DNA of 64,000 bases, from NCBI GenBank assembly GCA_019358935.1, contig JAHHIK010000021.1:24197-88196 (forward strand), in the 5' to 3' direction. Position numbers and translations under genes: made by a program. Origin of the DNA: Tolypothrix carrinoi HA7290-LM1 (GTDB lineage Bacteria > Cyanobacteriota > Cyanobacteriia > Cyanobacteriales > Nostocaceae). The notes beneath the pieces are model-generated. The model worked only from the letters and a program-made list of their open reading frames with translations, searched no databases and was not told where the DNA came from. Of the stretch, positions 63,258 to 64,000 are shown in pieces; positions within the stretch are counted from its first letter, which is position 1; the number at the start of each line of letters is the position of its first letter.

Positions 63258-63425
63258 TTAAGGCTTAATGTTGTAACCTTAAGCCTTAATGTTCTAGCTT
63301 TAAGGGTTAATGTTATAACCTTAAGCCTTAATGTTGTAACCTTAAGTCTTAATGTTTTAGCTTTAAGGGTTAATGTTATAAGCTTAAGGCTTAATGTTGT
63401 AACCTTAAGAGTCAACATTGTAACA
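63258..63425. repeat. Tandem array of eight 21-bp units
   Basis: Consensus TTAAGGCTTAATGTTGTAACC, in A-B-C-A-B-C-A order plus one degenerate unit. Confidence 0.9.
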
Positions 63426-63614
63426 TTGATGACTAAAGTTTGTTGGTGAGTGCAATCATCGCTACATAGTGTATATTGTTGATTTACAGCGATCGCAGAG
63501 GCAAGAAAAAATTTCCATAAAAATGATTTGCTTATTCTATAAGCCTTTTGACTTCCGCATAGCCGTACTAGTCTCTGATAGATTAACAGAGATACTACCA
63601 AAAATTTCATTAGG

Positions 63615-63755
63615 ATGACAACTACTACAAACTCTGGCTATGTTACCCTCAAGCCTGATATTTTATCAGGTGAACCGATTATTAAGGGAACTAGAACCGT
63701 TCAGGGGGGTGGTCAGGCGATGTCTACTTTAAGGGGCTACGCCTACGTCAATTAA
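63615..63755 (+). pseudogene. DUF433 protein N-terminal fragment
   Basis: YVTLKPDILSGEPIIKGTRT, then an SDR-like sequence and a stop. Confidence 0.65.
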
Positions 63756-63893
63756 AGAGACCAAAATCTGGTAATGTGAAATTTATGGAAGAAAAGCGCC
63801 CATCCTACATCGAGCAGATACCCCGTGTTGATTGGGAAAAAACTCTCTTTCTGTGTCCAGAAACTGGTAGAGGGGGTGGCATAAAAATCAGAC

Positions 63894-64000
63894 ATGCAAG
63901 GACGTATCTCAAGTATCCGGGTTGAAATAACTGGTGAGCAGCAAAATGTACTAAATAGTTGGTTACGTAAGTCAACAACCCCAATGGGGTTGGCAAAACG
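63894..64000 (+). mobile_element. IS630-like transposase N-terminus (partial)
   Basis: MQGRISSIRVEITGEQQNVLNSWLRKSTTPMGLAKR. Confidence 0.6.

Noticed and set aside
63258..63425. CRISPR or other repeat-spacer guide array
   Set aside because: Units are contiguous with no unique spacers and no cas genes are present; kept as a tandem array.
63098..63610. 170-aa minus-strand ORF as a real gene
   Set aside because: It runs through the array and a MITE; the open frame is explained by the 21-bp period.
1..64000. HIP1 abundance and STRR arrays as novel features
   Set aside because: Well-known hallmarks of heterocystous cyanobacteria.

Overview
64 kb from a heterocyst-forming (Nostocales-type) cyanobacterium. 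The assignment rests on very frequent HIP1 octamers (GCGATCGC), heptamer STRR arrays in most intergenic regions, and genes such as tftA, bgtB and the tocopherol pair. The backbone is housekeeping: site-2 protease, hpf/lrtA, lipB, menG, tldD, coaE, hemD, cobA, Ktr K+ uptake, queA, dnaG, acnB. Accessory material includes a TetR-DsrE-PNPOx regulon with three visible operators, a GH3 acyl-amido synthetase broken by one nonsense codon, a decayed integrase element at a truncated thioesterase, a defence island between dnaG and acnB (DUF559, XRE, two HicAB, DUF4258/YgiT, GmrSD-like DUF262), and a mobile-DNA-rich right end. The best leads are four. (1) An uncharacterised helical protein lies next to an array of near-palindromic 21-bp units with a 63-bp super-period. 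(2) Two paralogous ~80-aa genes share a conserved hairpin leader, and one of them is divergent from an XRE gene. (3) A hicBA cassette is bracketed by two versions of the acnB 3' end. (4) Both HicA toxins appear disabled, one by a 56-bp mini-repeat insertion and one by a CTG start. No CRISPR array, rRNA or intact tRNA was found. All calls are by eye; no database searches were run.
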